From an uncultured delta proteobacterium (GTDB taxonomy: Bacteria > Desulfobacterota > BSN033 > UBA1163), in NCBI GenBank assembly GCA_963827685.1, contig CAWHBU010000004.1, positions 32,001 to 96,000 of the forward strand: 64,000 nucleotides of DNA. Direction: 5' to 3'. Under the pieces are notes generated by a model. It had not been told where the DNA came from. It searched no databases and saw nothing but the letters and a program-made list of their open reading frames with translations. Positions 10,068-20,633 of the stretch are shown piece after piece. Position 1 is the stretch's first letter. Each line of letters begins with the position of its first letter. The position numbers and the translations under genes are program-made.

Positions 10068-12695
10068 ATGTTAAAGCTGACCATTGATGGAAAAGAAGTT
10101 ACGGGAAGACCGGATCAAACGATCTTCGAGGTGGCCAAGGAAAACGGGATCTATATTCCCACTCTCTGCTATCACCCCAGATTAAGCCTGCTCAAATCCT
10201 GCCGTATCTGTTTGGTCGATGTCGAGGGTGCGGAGATGCCTATGGCGTCTTGTGCGACGCCTGTGGTCGAGGGGATGGTGATTCGTACCCGCACGGAGCG
10301 CGTCGAAAAGATGAGACTTGAGGCTTTAAAATTATTACTGGTCAACCATCCTCTGGACTGTCCTGTCTGTGATGCCGGAGGAGAATGCCAACTCCAGAAC
10401 CGCACCTATGAATTTGGGATCGAGAAGAACGAGTTTCCTCCAGAGAAAAGAGAAACTCCGTCCACTCCCTATGGAACCCCCCTGATCATGCAGTGGTTTG
10501 ACCGATGTGTGATGTGTCTCCGCTGTATCCAGGCCTGTGTGGATGTGCCAGGGGCGGATGTCCTCGAGGTGGCAGAGCATGGTTTCCCATCTCATGTGAA
10601 GGCGGTTCGGAAGGAGAACTGTATCTCATGCGGCGAATGTCTCCAGATGTGTCCCGTGGGTGCTTTAACAGAGAATCTCAGCCCCATCAAAGGAAGAACA
10701 TGGCAACTTGACAGAATACGGACCACCTGCACTTTCTGTGGATGCGGTTGTCAACTCGAGCTCAACACCCTCGCCGATAGGAAAGTGGTCAAGGTGACCA
10801 CAAAAGGGGAAGCCGGGGTCAACCAGGGGAGCCTCTGTGTGAAAGGAAGATTCGGTTTTGATTTTATTCATCATCCTGACAGGCTTCAAAAACCTCTTGT
10901 AAAAAAATCCGGGGTGTTTGTGGAGGTCTCCTGGGAAGAAGCTCTGGGTCTGGTTGCCACAAAACTTCAGGAAATAAAAGAGAAGTATGGTGCCCAGAGC
11001 ATCGGGGGAATCTCTTCCTCCAGGGGAACGAATGAAGAAAACTATCTCTTCCAGAAATGGATGAGAGCCTGCATCGGGACAAACCATATCGACAATGGTG
11101 CCCGATTGTCCAGTGGGTCTTCTCTCTTTGGAATGATGGCCTCCACCGGATATGGAGCGATGACTCATGCGATGGACGAAGTAACCAAGGCTGACCTCAT
11201 CCTTATCGTCGGTGCGGATTCGTATGATGATAATCTCATCTTCAGTAATAAGATGAGGGAGGCCATCCGAAAGAACAACGCTAAGATCATCCTGGTCGAT
11301 CCTCGGAAGACCCAATGGGAAAAATGGGCTGACCTATGGTTGAGGCCGCTGCCGGGGACGGATATTGCCTGGATCAATGGTCTAATTCGTCTCCTCATCG
11401 AGAAGGGTGCTCCCTCCAAAGAGTTTATCGGATCCAAGACAGAGGGTTTTGAAAGCCTGCGGTCCTCTGTAGAGAAATTTTCCGCCCAGTTTGTCAAGAA
11501 TACTACAGGGATCTCTCAAGCAGATTTAGAGGGAGTCGCCCATCTCTATGTGTCGGCGAAAAAGAGGGCGATCGTCTTTGGCTCTGGTGTGACCCAGCAT
11601 GCCAATGGAACGGAGATAGTCAAAGCTCTCTGCAACCTGGCCCTGCTGACTGGAGAGACAGAAGACGGAGGAGGAGGGGTCTACCCGCTGCTCACTCAGA
11701 ATAATGTCCAGGGCGCTTTCGATATGGGTTCACTCTCCGAATTCCTTCCCGGTTATCAGAAGGTGGGAGACGAAAAGGCGCGCAGAAAGTTTGAGGAAAT
11801 CTGGAAGAGAAGGATTCCAGAAAAACCGGGCCTCACCTATATGGAGATGTTCGATAAGATTCTGGAAGGAAAGATCAAAGCCCTCTATATCTTCGGTGAA
11901 GACCCCTTCATCAACCTCCCCAACTTAGAGAGACTGAAGAACGGACTCCATCAGTTGGAGTTTTTGGTGGTGCAAGATCTTTTCATGACCCACATCGGGA
12001 GTTATGCCCATGTCATTTTGCCCGGGGTGAGTTTTGCTGAGAAGGATGGGACCTTCACCAACATGGAGAGAAGGATTCAAAGGGTGCGGAAGGCCATCTC
12101 ACCGGTCGGCGATTCCAGACCCGACTGGAAGATCCTCTGTGATCTTTCTACGAAAATGGGTTATCCAATGGGATGCCAGAACCCTGCTGAGATCATGGAG
12201 GAGATCGTCTCTCTGGTGCCCTTCTATGCCGGAGTTACATATTCTGATTTAGAGAAGGGCGGAATCCGGTGGTCCTCAAAGAATGGATGGAAGCGGAGCT
12301 TCTCCCCGATAGAATACAAAGGGCCAGCAGAAAAGCCTGATAACAAATATCCTTTATGGATCATCCCCAGAGGTTTCCATTACCATTACGGAATCGGAAC
12401 GGCGAACAAGAGAGCCATAGGATTAGCCAAGGTTTTTCCTGATTCCTGTATCGAAGTTCACCCGGAGGATGCCACGAGGGCAGGATTGCAAGAAGGGGGA
12501 AAGGTGAAGGTCGTCTCACCCAGGGGTGAGGTGGAGACGATCTGCAAGATTTCCGGAGCCGTTCCCAAAGGGGTGGCCTATTTTGCCACCACATTCTTCC
12601 CTGTTTTTGTAAATAATCTTTTAATCTCCGGATATGATGCGATAAGTCAACACCCTGAATACAAGGTCTTTATCGGAAGGGTGGAGAAACGATAG
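10068..12695 (+). CDS. NuoG / SfrA-like Fe-S protein (FDH-alpha fold lacking the catalytic Cys/Sec)
   Basis: N-terminal 2Fe-2S (IPTLC...CRICLV...C), HPLDCPVCDAGGEC, two 4Fe-4S motifs and CTFCGCGC. The FDH active-site segment reads DNGARLSSG instead of DNCARL(C/U)H. Likely start is the ATG at 10068. Confidence 0.88.
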   Translation: MLKLTIDGKEVTGRPDQTIFEVAKENGIYIPTLCYHPRLSLLKSCRICLVDVEGAEMPMASCATPVVEGMVIRTRTERVEKMRLEALKLLLVNHPLDCPVCDAGGECQLQNRTYEFGIEKNEFPPEKRETPSTPYGTPLIMQWFDRCVMCLRCIQACVDVPGADVLEVAEHGFPSHVKAVRKENCISCGECLQMCPVGALTENLSPIKGRTWQLDRIRTTCTFCGCGCQLELNTLADRKVVKVTTKGEAGVNQGSLCVKGRFGFDFIHHPDRLQKPLVKKSGVFVEVSWEEALGLVATKLQEIKEKYGAQSIGGISSSRGTNEENYLFQKWMRACIGTNHIDNGARLSSGSSLFGMMASTGYGAMTHAMDEVTKADLILIVGADSYDDNLIFSNKMREAIRKNNAKIILVDPRKTQWEKWADLWLRPLPGTDIAWINGLIRLLIEKGAPSKEFIGSKTEGFESLRSSVEKFSAQFVKNTTGISQADLEGVAHLYVSAKKRAIVFGSGVTQHANGTEIVKALCNLALLTGETEDGGGGVYPLLTQNNVQGAFDMGSLSEFLPGYQKVGDEKARRKFEEIWKRRIPEKPGLTYMEMFDKILEGKIKALYIFGEDPFINLPNLERLKNGLHQLEFLVVQDLFMTHIGSYAHVILPGVSFAEKDGTFTNMERRIQRVRKAISPVGDSRPDWKILCDLSTKMGYPMGCQNPAEIMEEIVSLVPFYAGVTYSDLEKGGIRWSSKNGWKRSFSPIEYKGPAEKPDNKYPLWIIPRGFHYHYGIGTANKRAIGLAKVFPDSCIEVHPEDATRAGLQEGGKVKVVSPRGEVETICKISGAVPKGVAYFATTFFPVFVNNLLISGYDAISQHPEYKVFIGRVEKR

Positions 12696-12738
12696 AGGAG
12701 AGCTCTGAAGATACGATAGAGCCTCTCTTGATTACACA

Positions 12739-12757
12739 CCTGCCTGCCGCAGGCAGG
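12739..12757. repeat. Short palindromic element CCTGCCTGCCGCAGGCAGG
   Basis: Near-identical copy at 20887-20906. Confidence 0.6.
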
Positions 12758-12829
12758 GATTTCAAAAAATGATTCAACAGATCTTCAGAGATTTCTGGTT
12801 TTTTAGAAACGTCGTGGAGGAGAAGCAGG

Positions 12830-13849
12830 ATGCAACTGTTCTATCTTCTCGTTGAGATGGTTGTCAAATGCGTGGTGGTTTTTGCCGGTCTGATGATCGT
12901 CGTGGCCTATTTGACTTGGCTGGAACGGAAGGTTTTGGGTCATATCCAGATTCGTTTTGGCCCCAATCGTTGCGGGCCCTTTGGATTGCTTCAACCCTTT
13001 TCGGATGCCGTCAAAGCCTTCTTCAAAGAGGACCTGGTTCCCGCAAGGGCGGATAAGGTCGTCTTCGTCATGGCCCCGATGATATCGATCATCGCCGCTA
13101 TCAGCATCTTTGCTGTCATCCCCTTTGGCAATCAGTTTACCATTCCTGGAACGAATTGGGTGGTCAAACTGCGAATAGCCGACATTGACGTAGGGCTTCT
13201 CTATATCTTCGGCATAGCCTCTCTTGGAGAATTTGGAATTATCTTAGGAGGCTGGTCTTCCGGGAATAAGTATGGTCTAACCGGTTCCCTTCGAGCCGCG
13301 GCTCAGATGATCAGTTATGAAACGGCTCTCGGCATCGCGATCGTCGGAGTCCTCATTCTCTCACAAAGTCTGAGGCTGACCGAGATCGTTCAACTTCAGG
13401 GAGGAGGGTTCTGGAATTGGAATATCTGGTATCAGCCGGTGGCCTTTGTTCTTTATCTGATTTGCGGCCTAGCTGAGATCAACCGGACTCCTTTTGATAT
13501 GCCCGAGGCAGAAGCCGAGCTGGCCTGTGGGTTCAACATCGAATACAGCAGCATGAAATTTGCCCTTTTCTTCATGGCCGAATATGCGCATATGGTTACG
13601 ATGGGCGCGGTCGCTGTGACGCTCTTCATGGGAGGATGGCAGCCCATCATTCCTCAACTCAGTTTCATCCCCGGCATCGTCTGGTTCTGTGCGAAGCTCT
13701 TTATCTTTCTCTTCTTCTTCATCTGGGAGCGAGGAACGATGCCGCGGCTCCGATACGATCAGATCATGAAGTTTGGATGGAAGATCTTGATACCCTTAGC
13801 CCTGATCAATCTCTTAGTGACTGGATTGATCGTCTCGTTGAAAGGTTAA
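12830..13849 (+). CDS. nuoH: NADH-quinone oxidoreductase subunit H
   Basis: LERKVLGHIQIRFGPNR, QMISYE, NRTPFDMPEAEAEL, PRLRYDQ. Confidence 0.97.
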   Translation: MQLFYLLVEMVVKCVVVFAGLMIVVAYLTWLERKVLGHIQIRFGPNRCGPFGLLQPFSDAVKAFFKEDLVPARADKVVFVMAPMISIIAAISIFAVIPFGNQFTIPGTNWVVKLRIADIDVGLLYIFGIASLGEFGIILGGWSSGNKYGLTGSLRAAAQMISYETALGIAIVGVLILSQSLRLTEIVQLQGGGFWNWNIWYQPVAFVLYLICGLAEINRTPFDMPEAEAELACGFNIEYSSMKFALFFMAEYAHMVTMGAVAVTLFMGGWQPIIPQLSFIPGIVWFCAKLFIFLFFFIWERGTMPRLRYDQIMKFGWKILIPLALINLLVTGLIVSLKG

Positions 13850-13863
13850 TAAAGAGGTCGAAG

Positions 13864-14277
13864 ATGATACTCCCATTGTTAAAAGGTTTGGCACTTACTT
13901 TGAATCGGTTTTTCTCCAAACCCATCACCATCCAATATCCGGAACAGAAAATACCTCCGGCGAAACGTTGGAGGGGAATTCAATATTTTGAGAAGGATGA
14001 GCACGGGAAGACCAAGTGTGTCGCCTGCGGCCTCTGTATGATCGTCTGTCCTTCTCAATGCATCTACATCGAGACGGCTGAGGATGAAGAGGGGAAACGG
14101 TACCCACTCACCTACGAACTTGATGCCACTCGATGTATTTTTTGTGGTTATTGCGAAGAGGCGTGTCCCGTTAAGGCGATCTTTATGGGAAAGAACTATG
14201 AATGGGTGGAAGGGGATCGAAAAGTTTATCTTATGACCACCGAGAAACTATTAGAAGAGAAAAAGGTTAATCCGTAA
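13864..14277 (+). CDS. nuoI: NADH-quinone oxidoreductase subunit I
   Basis: CVACGLCMIVCP and CIFCGYCEEACP; start at the ATG at 13864 after a GAGG RBS. Confidence 0.95.
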   Translation: MILPLLKGLALTLNRFFSKPITIQYPEQKIPPAKRWRGIQYFEKDEHGKTKCVACGLCMIVCPSQCIYIETAEDEEGKRYPLTYELDATRCIFCGYCEEACPVKAIFMGKNYEWVEGDRKVYLMTTEKLLEEKKVNP

Positions 14278-14349
14278 TTTAATGAAGCGCATAGCGCATG
14301 GAGCATAGCGCAAAGCGTAAGAACTGTTAAATTCATTTGGAGCAAGACA

Positions 14350-14877
14350 ATGGCTGAAAATGTCGTAACGATATTTCAATGGTTGATCTTTTTAGGAGTG
14401 GCGTTTACCTCCATCATCGCCTCCTTATTGGTCATCAGTCGAAAAAACCCTATCCACAGCGCTCTTTTTCTGGTGCTAACCTTCCTCTGCGTGTCGGTGC
14501 TTTACTTGCTGCTTTACCAACAATTCATGTTCATCATCCAGATTTTCGTTTACGCCGGCGCCATCGTGATGCTGATCGTCTTTGTCATCATGCTTCTGGA
14601 TCTGGAGGTGGAGCTTCGATCCGGTTTGAAACTTTTTTATTCGAAGGTGATCGGTGGCCTGCTGATGGTTCTCTTTCTTTTCGGGATCATTTATTCGGTT
14701 GTGGCGAAATCTCCGACTGGAAAGATGGGTTCCTATACGCCGGATAAGGCGAGTGCCAATGTGAAGGCTGTCGGTGAGATGCTTTTCACTCAATATCTTT
14801 TTCCCTTCGAGATTGTTTCTGTCCTCCTCGCGGCAGCCGTCGTCGGAGCGGTCATCTTGAGCAAGAAAAGGAATTAA
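14350..14877 (+). CDS. nuoJ: NADH-quinone oxidoreductase subunit J
   Basis: NPIHSALFL, VYAGAIVML, FPFEIVSVLL. Confidence 0.95.
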   Translation: MAENVVTIFQWLIFLGVAFTSIIASLLVISRKNPIHSALFLVLTFLCVSVLYLLLYQQFMFIIQIFVYAGAIVMLIVFVIMLLDLEVELRSGLKLFYSKVIGGLLMVLFLFGIIYSVVAKSPTGKMGSYTPDKASANVKAVGEMLFTQYLFPFEIVSVLLAAAVVGAVILSKKRN

Positions 14878-14887
14878 GGAGAGGATT

Positions 14888-15202
14888 ATGGTGATTCCAG
14901 CTGTTCCCCCTGAATTATATCTGGTCTTGAGCGGAATACTCTTCACAATCGGAGTGATCGGAGCCCTGACCCGGCGAAATGCGATTGTGGTCTTCATGTG
15001 TATTGAGATGATGCTCAATGCGGTGAACATTTCTTTCATTACCCTATCCCGCTTTCTCCAATCTCTGGACGGGGTACTCTTTGCCTTCTTTGTCATCGCT
15101 GTAGCAGCGGCTGAGGCAGCGGTTGGGCTGGCAATCTTTGTGATGATTTATCGCTCGAGAGAAACGATCAACGTGGATGAAATTAATATATTAAAATGGT
15201 AA
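14888..15202 (+). CDS. nuoK: NADH-quinone oxidoreductase subunit K
   Basis: RRNAI...IEMMLNAVN, AAAEAAVGLA. Confidence 0.96.
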   Translation: MVIPAVPPELYLVLSGILFTIGVIGALTRRNAIVVFMCIEMMLNAVNISFITLSRFLQSLDGVLFAFFVIAVAAAEAAVGLAIFVMIYRSRETINVDEINILKW

Positions 15203-15205
15203 AGC

Positions 15206-15278
15206 GAGTTAAGAATTATGAATTGAGAATTACGAATTTTTTAAACTCTAAACTCATAACTCCTAATTCTTAATTCTC
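15206..15278. repeat. Imperfect palindrome of heptamer repeats (GAATTAN / TAATTC)
   Basis: gagttaa-gaattat-gaattga-gaattac ... taaactc-ataactc-ctaattc-ttaattc. Confidence 0.65.
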
Positions 15279-15292
15279 CGGAGGAGATATTC

Positions 15293-17284
15293 ATGCTTAA
15301 TTATGTCTGGTTGATCCCCCTGTTTCCGGCGATCGGTTTTATGATCAATGGGTTCTTCGGCAGAAGTTTGGGGAAGAAGGCGGTCAGCTGGGTGGGACCC
15401 TCAGTGATTGGTCTTTCCTTTCTCACCTCTATCCTGATCTTCTTCGAATTGATCGGAAGGCCACCGACGGAGCGTCTCTTTGAAAAAGTGATTTTTGATT
15501 GGGTGGTCTCGGGCTCATTCCAAACGGTGGTCGGCTACCAGATCGATCCTCTCTCCATCCTGATGGCTCTGGTGGTCAGTGGGGTTAGCTTCTTCATCCA
15601 TATCTACTCAGTGGGATACATGCATGATGATCCGGGATATACTCGGTATTTCACCTACCTCAACCTCTTCGTCTTCATGATGCTCAATCTCATCCTGGCG
15701 AACAACTTTTTATTGATGTTTGTGGGATGGGAGGGTGTCGGCCTCTGTTCCTATCTCTTGATCGGTTTCTGGTATGAAAAGGATTCCGCCTCCAATGCAG
15801 GGAAAAAGGCTTTTGTGGTCAACCGAGTGGGTGACTTCGGTTTCATTCTCGGAATATTCCTTCTCTTCACCAGTCTCGGAAAACATGGGGTCTGGACATT
15901 GGATTTTACTGAGGTCTTCGCCAATGCTCATTTGCTGGAACCTGGAACCGTAACAGCCATCACGATTCTGCTCTTTGTGGGTGCCTGTGGAAAATCGGCG
16001 CAAATTCCGATATATGTTTGGCTTCCTGACGCCATGGAAGGTCCTACACCGGTCAGCTCCCTCATCCATGCGGCCACGATGGTGACCGCAGGGGTTTATA
16101 TGGTCGCGCGGTGCAATATACTCTACAGCATGGCACCCATTTCCATGGCCATCGTGGCCATCGTCGGCGTGGCCACTGCCATCTTTACCGCCTCTATTGG
16201 ATTCTGCCAGAACGATATCAAAAAAGTTCTGGCCTACTCTACAATCAGCCAGTTGGGATATATGTTCCTGGGTGTGGGAGTAGGTGCATACAGTGCTGGG
16301 ATCTTCCACCTAATGACCCATGCCTTCTTCAAGGGGCTTCTCTTTCTCGGCGCCGGAAGTGTGATGCATGCTCTGAGTGGCGAATTGGATATGAGAAAGA
16401 TGGGAGCTCTCAGAAAAAAGATTCCCTATACCTTCTGGACCTTCTTCATCGCCACGCTTGCCATCGCCGGGATTCCCGGCTTGAGTGGATTTTTCAGTAA
16501 GGACGAAATTCTCTGGCAAGCCTTCTCCAGCTCCCATGGCCATTTCATCTTATGGGGGGTGGCTGCTATCGCTGCTGGAATGACGGCCTTCTATATGTTC
16601 AGGGCTCTGTTCATGACTTTCTTTGGTCAGTCCAGGGTCGATGAGCATGTAGCACATCATGTCCATGAATCACCCAAAATCATGACCGTTCCTTTAATGG
16701 TTCTTGCTGTTCTCTCCATCATTGGAGGTTATATAGGTGTTCCTCACGTTTTGGGAGGAGCCAACCACATCCATGAGTTCCTCGCTCCTGTATTGGGAGG
16801 TGGGGCTGAGCCGGCCAAAGCCCATGCCGGGATCACACTCATCTCACAGGCTTGGGCATCTGGAGGAGAGGGGGCAGGACATTTGGCTACATGGGAGTTC
16901 CCGATGATGGTAATCTCTGTGGTTATCGCCCTCATAGGGATCGGGATCGCTTATCTCTTCTATGTGAAGAATCCAGCTCTTCCCAAACTCGTGGCGGAAA
17001 AATGGAAGGGACTCTACAAGCTGGTCTTCAATAAATATTATGTCGACGAACTCTACGAAATCCTTTTCATCAACTCTCTTAAAAACTTGGGCACGGCGCT
17101 CTGGAAAGGATTTGATGACTTTGTCATCGATGCTACGATCAATGGCATTGCTTATTTCATCGGTCTGATCTCGGGAACGATAAGAAAGATGCAGACCGGT
17201 TTGGTTCAAAACTATGCCTTTTCAATGGTCATCGGGGGAATCGTCCTCGTAGCCTATTACATCGCGCGCGCTATTTTTTATTAA
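15293..17284 (+). CDS. nuoL: NADH-quinone oxidoreductase subunit L
   Basis: GWEGVGLCSYLLIGFW, GKSAQIP...WLPDAMEGPTPVS, HAFFKGLLFL. Confidence 0.97.
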   Translation: MLNYVWLIPLFPAIGFMINGFFGRSLGKKAVSWVGPSVIGLSFLTSILIFFELIGRPPTERLFEKVIFDWVVSGSFQTVVGYQIDPLSILMALVVSGVSFFIHIYSVGYMHDDPGYTRYFTYLNLFVFMMLNLILANNFLLMFVGWEGVGLCSYLLIGFWYEKDSASNAGKKAFVVNRVGDFGFILGIFLLFTSLGKHGVWTLDFTEVFANAHLLEPGTVTAITILLFVGACGKSAQIPIYVWLPDAMEGPTPVSSLIHAATMVTAGVYMVARCNILYSMAPISMAIVAIVGVATAIFTASIGFCQNDIKKVLAYSTISQLGYMFLGVGVGAYSAGIFHLMTHAFFKGLLFLGAGSVMHALSGELDMRKMGALRKKIPYTFWTFFIATLAIAGIPGLSGFFSKDEILWQAFSSSHGHFILWGVAAIAAGMTAFYMFRALFMTFFGQSRVDEHVAHHVHESPKIMTVPLMVLAVLSIIGGYIGVPHVLGGANHIHEFLAPVLGGGAEPAKAHAGITLISQAWASGGEGAGHLATWEFPMMVISVVIALIGIGIAYLFYVKNPALPKLVAEKWKGLYKLVFNKYYVDELYEILFINSLKNLGTALWKGFDDFVIDATINGIAYFIGLISGTIRKMQTGLVQNYAFSMVIGGIVLVAYYIARAIFY

Positions 17285-17383
17285 AATCCCCCTCAATCCC
17301 CCTTTTGCCTGTCTTTGACAGGAAAAAGATTACAAAGGGGGAGGTTACTCCTCCCTTTCGTAAAGGGAGGCAGGGAGGGATTT
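17285..17383. repeat. REP-like GC-rich multi-hairpin element
   Basis: aatccccctcaatcccccttt...aaagggggag...cctccctttcgtaaagggaggcagggagggattt. Confidence 0.55.
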
Positions 17384-17403
17384 AAAAAAAAGGAGTCGAT
17401 TTC

Positions 17404-18954
17404 ATGACTATCCTGGGTATTCCCATCCTATCGCTGTTGATCTTCTTTCCGATCTTGGGTGCCATCGTTCTCCTCTTCATCAACAAAGAGAATGGGAGAG
17501 CTCTGAGGTGGGTCACTTTAATCTTCTCTTTCATCGAATTTATTTTCTCACTGCCCCTTTTCTTCGCCTTCGATCCCAAGACAGCAGCGATGCAATTCGT
17601 GGAGAATTCGTGGTGGATTCAGAGCTATGGGATCAGCTACAAATTGGGCATCGATGGAATCAGTCTCCTTCTGGTCCTCTTGACTACCTTTTTGACCATC
17701 CTCTGTATCCTATGCTCATGGACAGCGATCACCTTCCGGGTAAAGGAATTCATGATCTCGTTCCTCTTTCTTGAGACAGGGATGATCGGTGCCTTGGCGG
17801 CCCTCGATCTCATCCTTTTCTATGTCTTCTGGGAAGTCATGCTGATCCCGATGTATCTGCTCATTGGTGTTTGGGGTGATCCCAAGAGAAGGATTTATGC
17901 AGCAGTCAAGTTCTTCCTTTTTACCATGGCCGGAAGTGTGCTCATGCTCGTGGCGATCCTGGCCCTCTATTTCCTGAATCAGAAGACAACCGGTGTCTCC
18001 ACCTTTGACGTGATCGAACTCTATAAATTGGGATTGCCCGTCGGGGCGCAGTACTGGCTTTTTGGAGCTTTTGCCCTGGCCTTTGCCATCAAGGTTCCGA
18101 TGTTCCCCTTTCATACCTGGTTGCCCGATGCTCATACCGAGGCGCCGACTGCTGGAAGTGTGATCCTGGCAGGCGTCCTGCTGAAGATGGGAACCTATGG
18201 GTTCATCCGATTTGCCATACCCCTGTTTCCGAAGGCCGCCTTCGATCTTTTACCGTTAGTTTCGATCTTGGCCCTTATTGGAATTATTTACGGTGCGTTG
18301 GTTTCAATGATGCAGCCCGATCTGAAGCGACTGGTCGCTTTCTCGAGCGTGAGCCACCTGGGATATGTCATGCTCGGAATGTTTGCTTTCAACATGCAAG
18401 GGGTCGAGGGCTCGATCTATCAGATGCTCAACCATGGCATCAGCACGGGGTCCCTCTTTTTGATTGTCGGGATGATCTATGAGCGCCGCCATACGCGTTT
18501 GATCGCTGACTTTGGAGGACTCTCGAAGGTGATGCCGATCTATGCTGTCTTCTTCATGATCGTGACCCTCTCATCGATCGGCCTGCCCGGGACGAATGGG
18601 TTTGTGGGAGAATTTCTGATCCTGCTCGGTGCTTTTCGATCCAACGTCGTCTACGGGGTGTTTGCTGCGACGGGCGTCATCTTGGGAGCCGCTTACATGC
18701 TGTGGATGTTTCAGAGAGTGATGTTTGGAAAGATCACCCGGCCTGAAAATGAAAAGCTGAAAGACCTCAATGCTCGAGAAATTACCATCCTCGTTCCGAT
18801 GGTGATTCTAATCTTTCTTATGGGCATCTATCCCAAGCTTTTCTTCAGCAAGATGGACGCCAGCGTGGAGCAGTTTATAAAGGATTTCAAGGGAAGGGTT
18901 GAAATGAAGGCCGACCTTCCCTCGCAAAAAGTGGCCGAAGTCGTGAAGAAATAG
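17404..18954 (+). CDS. nuoM: NADH-quinone oxidoreductase subunit M
   Basis: [46 protein letters not shown]. Confidence 0.97.
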   Translation: MTILGIPILSLLIFFPILGAIVLLFINKENGRALRWVTLIFSFIEFIFSLPLFFAFDPKTAAMQFVENSWWIQSYGISYKLGIDGISLLLVLLTTFLTILCILCSWTAITFRVKEFMISFLFLETGMIGALAALDLILFYVFWEVMLIPMYLLIGVWGDPKRRIYAAVKFFLFTMAGSVLMLVAILALYFLNQKTTGVSTFDVIELYKLGLPVGAQYWLFGAFALAFAIKVPMFPFHTWLPDAHTEAPTAGSVILAGVLLKMGTYGFIRFAIPLFPKAAFDLLPLVSILALIGIIYGALVSMMQPDLKRLVAFSSVSHLGYVMLGMFAFNMQGVEGSIYQMLNHGISTGSLFLIVGMIYERRHTRLIADFGGLSKVMPIYAVFFMIVTLSSIGLPGTNGFVGEFLILLGAFRSNVVYGVFAATGVILGAAYMLWMFQRVMFGKITRPENEKLKDLNAREITILVPMVILIFLMGIYPKLFFSKMDASVEQFIKDFKGRVEMKADLPSQKVAEVVKK

Positions 18955-19049
18955 ATGGGAAGACACGGAGAAACAAGAGATAATTAGAGTTTCACCGTGT
19001 CACCGAGTCACGTATTCCCCGTGTCAAGGTATAGCGGAGGATTCTTTAG

Positions 19050-20501
19050 ATGAAAATACCAGAGATTGACCTCTATCTCATTGCACCGGAGATTATCATC
19101 ACTGCCTTTGGGTTTTTGGTGCTTCTGTTGGACGTCTTTTTACCCAAAGGAGAGAGAAAGGGGTACCTTGGAGTCATCAGCCTCATCGGGATATTTTTTG
19201 CCGGTCTTTATACTTTGCCGCAGATGGGATCTGTTAGATCCGGGTTTGAAGGGATGTTCATCTCGGATGGGTATGCTCTTTTTTTCAAAATCACTTTTCT
19301 GATCATCGCCTTTTTGACCGTCCTGATCTCTATTGGTTACATTCATAGGGAAATGATCGAGTTTGGGGAATATTATGCCCTGATCCTTTTTGCGACCCTC
19401 GGGATGATGCTGATGGCAGCGGGGTCTCATTTGATCATCATCTTCCTCGGTCTGGAAACGATGTCCATTTCCATCTATATCCTGGCCGGAATGATGCGAG
19501 AGGATAAAAGGTCAGTGGAAGCCGCATTGAAATATTTTCTTCTGGGTGCTTTTGCCACAGGATTCCTCCTCTATGGCATTGCCCTCATCTATGGTGCCAC
19601 AGGATCCCTTTATCTGAAGGACATCGCTTCTTATATTACCTCCAAAAATCTCTTGAGAAGCCCGATGCTTCTGATGAGCCTTGTTTTTCTCACCATTGGT
19701 TTCGGCTTCAAGATTGCTTCTGTCCCTTTTCATATGTGGACGCCCGATGTCTATGAAGGCGCTCCGACTTCCATTACTGCTTTCATGGCCACAGGTGTGA
19801 AGGCTGCCGGTTTTTCGGCCTTGATCAGAGTCTTCTTCTCCGCCTTGCCGGCATTTCGCCCTGATTGGACATCGATCATGTGGCTGATTTGCGTGGCCAC
19901 GATGACGGTCGGAAACATCGTAGCGATCTCCCAGGCCAATATTAAACGGATGTTAGCTTACTCGAGTATTGCGCATGCCGGGTACATTTTGGTTGCCTTT
20001 GTCGCGGGGAACGATTTAGGGACTTCAGGCATGCTTTTCTATCTCATGGCCTATGCCTTTATGAACATCGGTGCCTTTACCGTGGTCATCCTTCTCGGGA
20101 AGAAGGGAGAAGAGAACACCCTGATTAAGGATTATGCAGGGATTGGATTCAAATACCCGCTCCTGGCCGCTTCCATGACCATCTTTCTCCTCTCCATGGC
20201 AGGCATTCCTCCTCTGGGAGGATTCATGGCCAAATTCTATATTTTTAGTGCAGCGGTGAAGTCGAAATTTTATTGGTTGGCCATCCTCGGTGTCCTGAAC
20301 AGTGCGGTTTCGGTTTACTATTATCTGCGGGTCACTGTGCTCATGTATTTCAGGGAATCCGAGCGAGAGATCACCGGCCTCGAATTTTCACCTGCTTCTG
20401 TGATCGCATTGATTTTGGCCGTGATCGGAACCCTCTACATGGGGATCTTCCCCGCCAATGTGCTTTCCTTAGCTCAACGCTCCATCGCAGGGTTAATGTA
20501 G
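19050..20501 (+). CDS. nuoN: NADH-quinone oxidoreductase subunit N
   Basis: EAALKYFLLG, GFKIASVPFHMWTPDVYEGAPT, KRMLAYSSIAHAGY. Confidence 0.97.
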   Translation: MKIPEIDLYLIAPEIIITAFGFLVLLLDVFLPKGERKGYLGVISLIGIFFAGLYTLPQMGSVRSGFEGMFISDGYALFFKITFLIIAFLTVLISIGYIHREMIEFGEYYALILFATLGMMLMAAGSHLIIIFLGLETMSISIYILAGMMREDKRSVEAALKYFLLGAFATGFLLYGIALIYGATGSLYLKDIASYITSKNLLRSPMLLMSLVFLTIGFGFKIASVPFHMWTPDVYEGAPTSITAFMATGVKAAGFSALIRVFFSALPAFRPDWTSIMWLICVATMTVGNIVAISQANIKRMLAYSSIAHAGYILVAFVAGNDLGTSGMLFYLMAYAFMNIGAFTVVILLGKKGEENTLIKDYAGIGFKYPLLAASMTIFLLSMAGIPPLGGFMAKFYIFSAAVKSKFYWLAILGVLNSAVSVYYYLRVTVLMYFRESEREITGLEFSPASVIALILAVIGTLYMGIFPANVLSLAQRSIAGLM

Positions 20502-20633
20502 GAAATGGAAGAGTTTAAAGACACCCATTTTAATTCCTCAATTGACTCCATAAAATACATTCAACAAACTATAAGCAGAACCTAAAGCTATCTTTTCAAA
20601 ACCTAATCAACATTCTTGGCAGGAGAGAATATT

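Noticed and set aside
10068-12695. Formate dehydrogenase alpha subunit or selenoprotein
   Set aside because: The catalytic (C/U)H is replaced by SS, there is no in-frame UGA, and the gene occupies the nuoG position.
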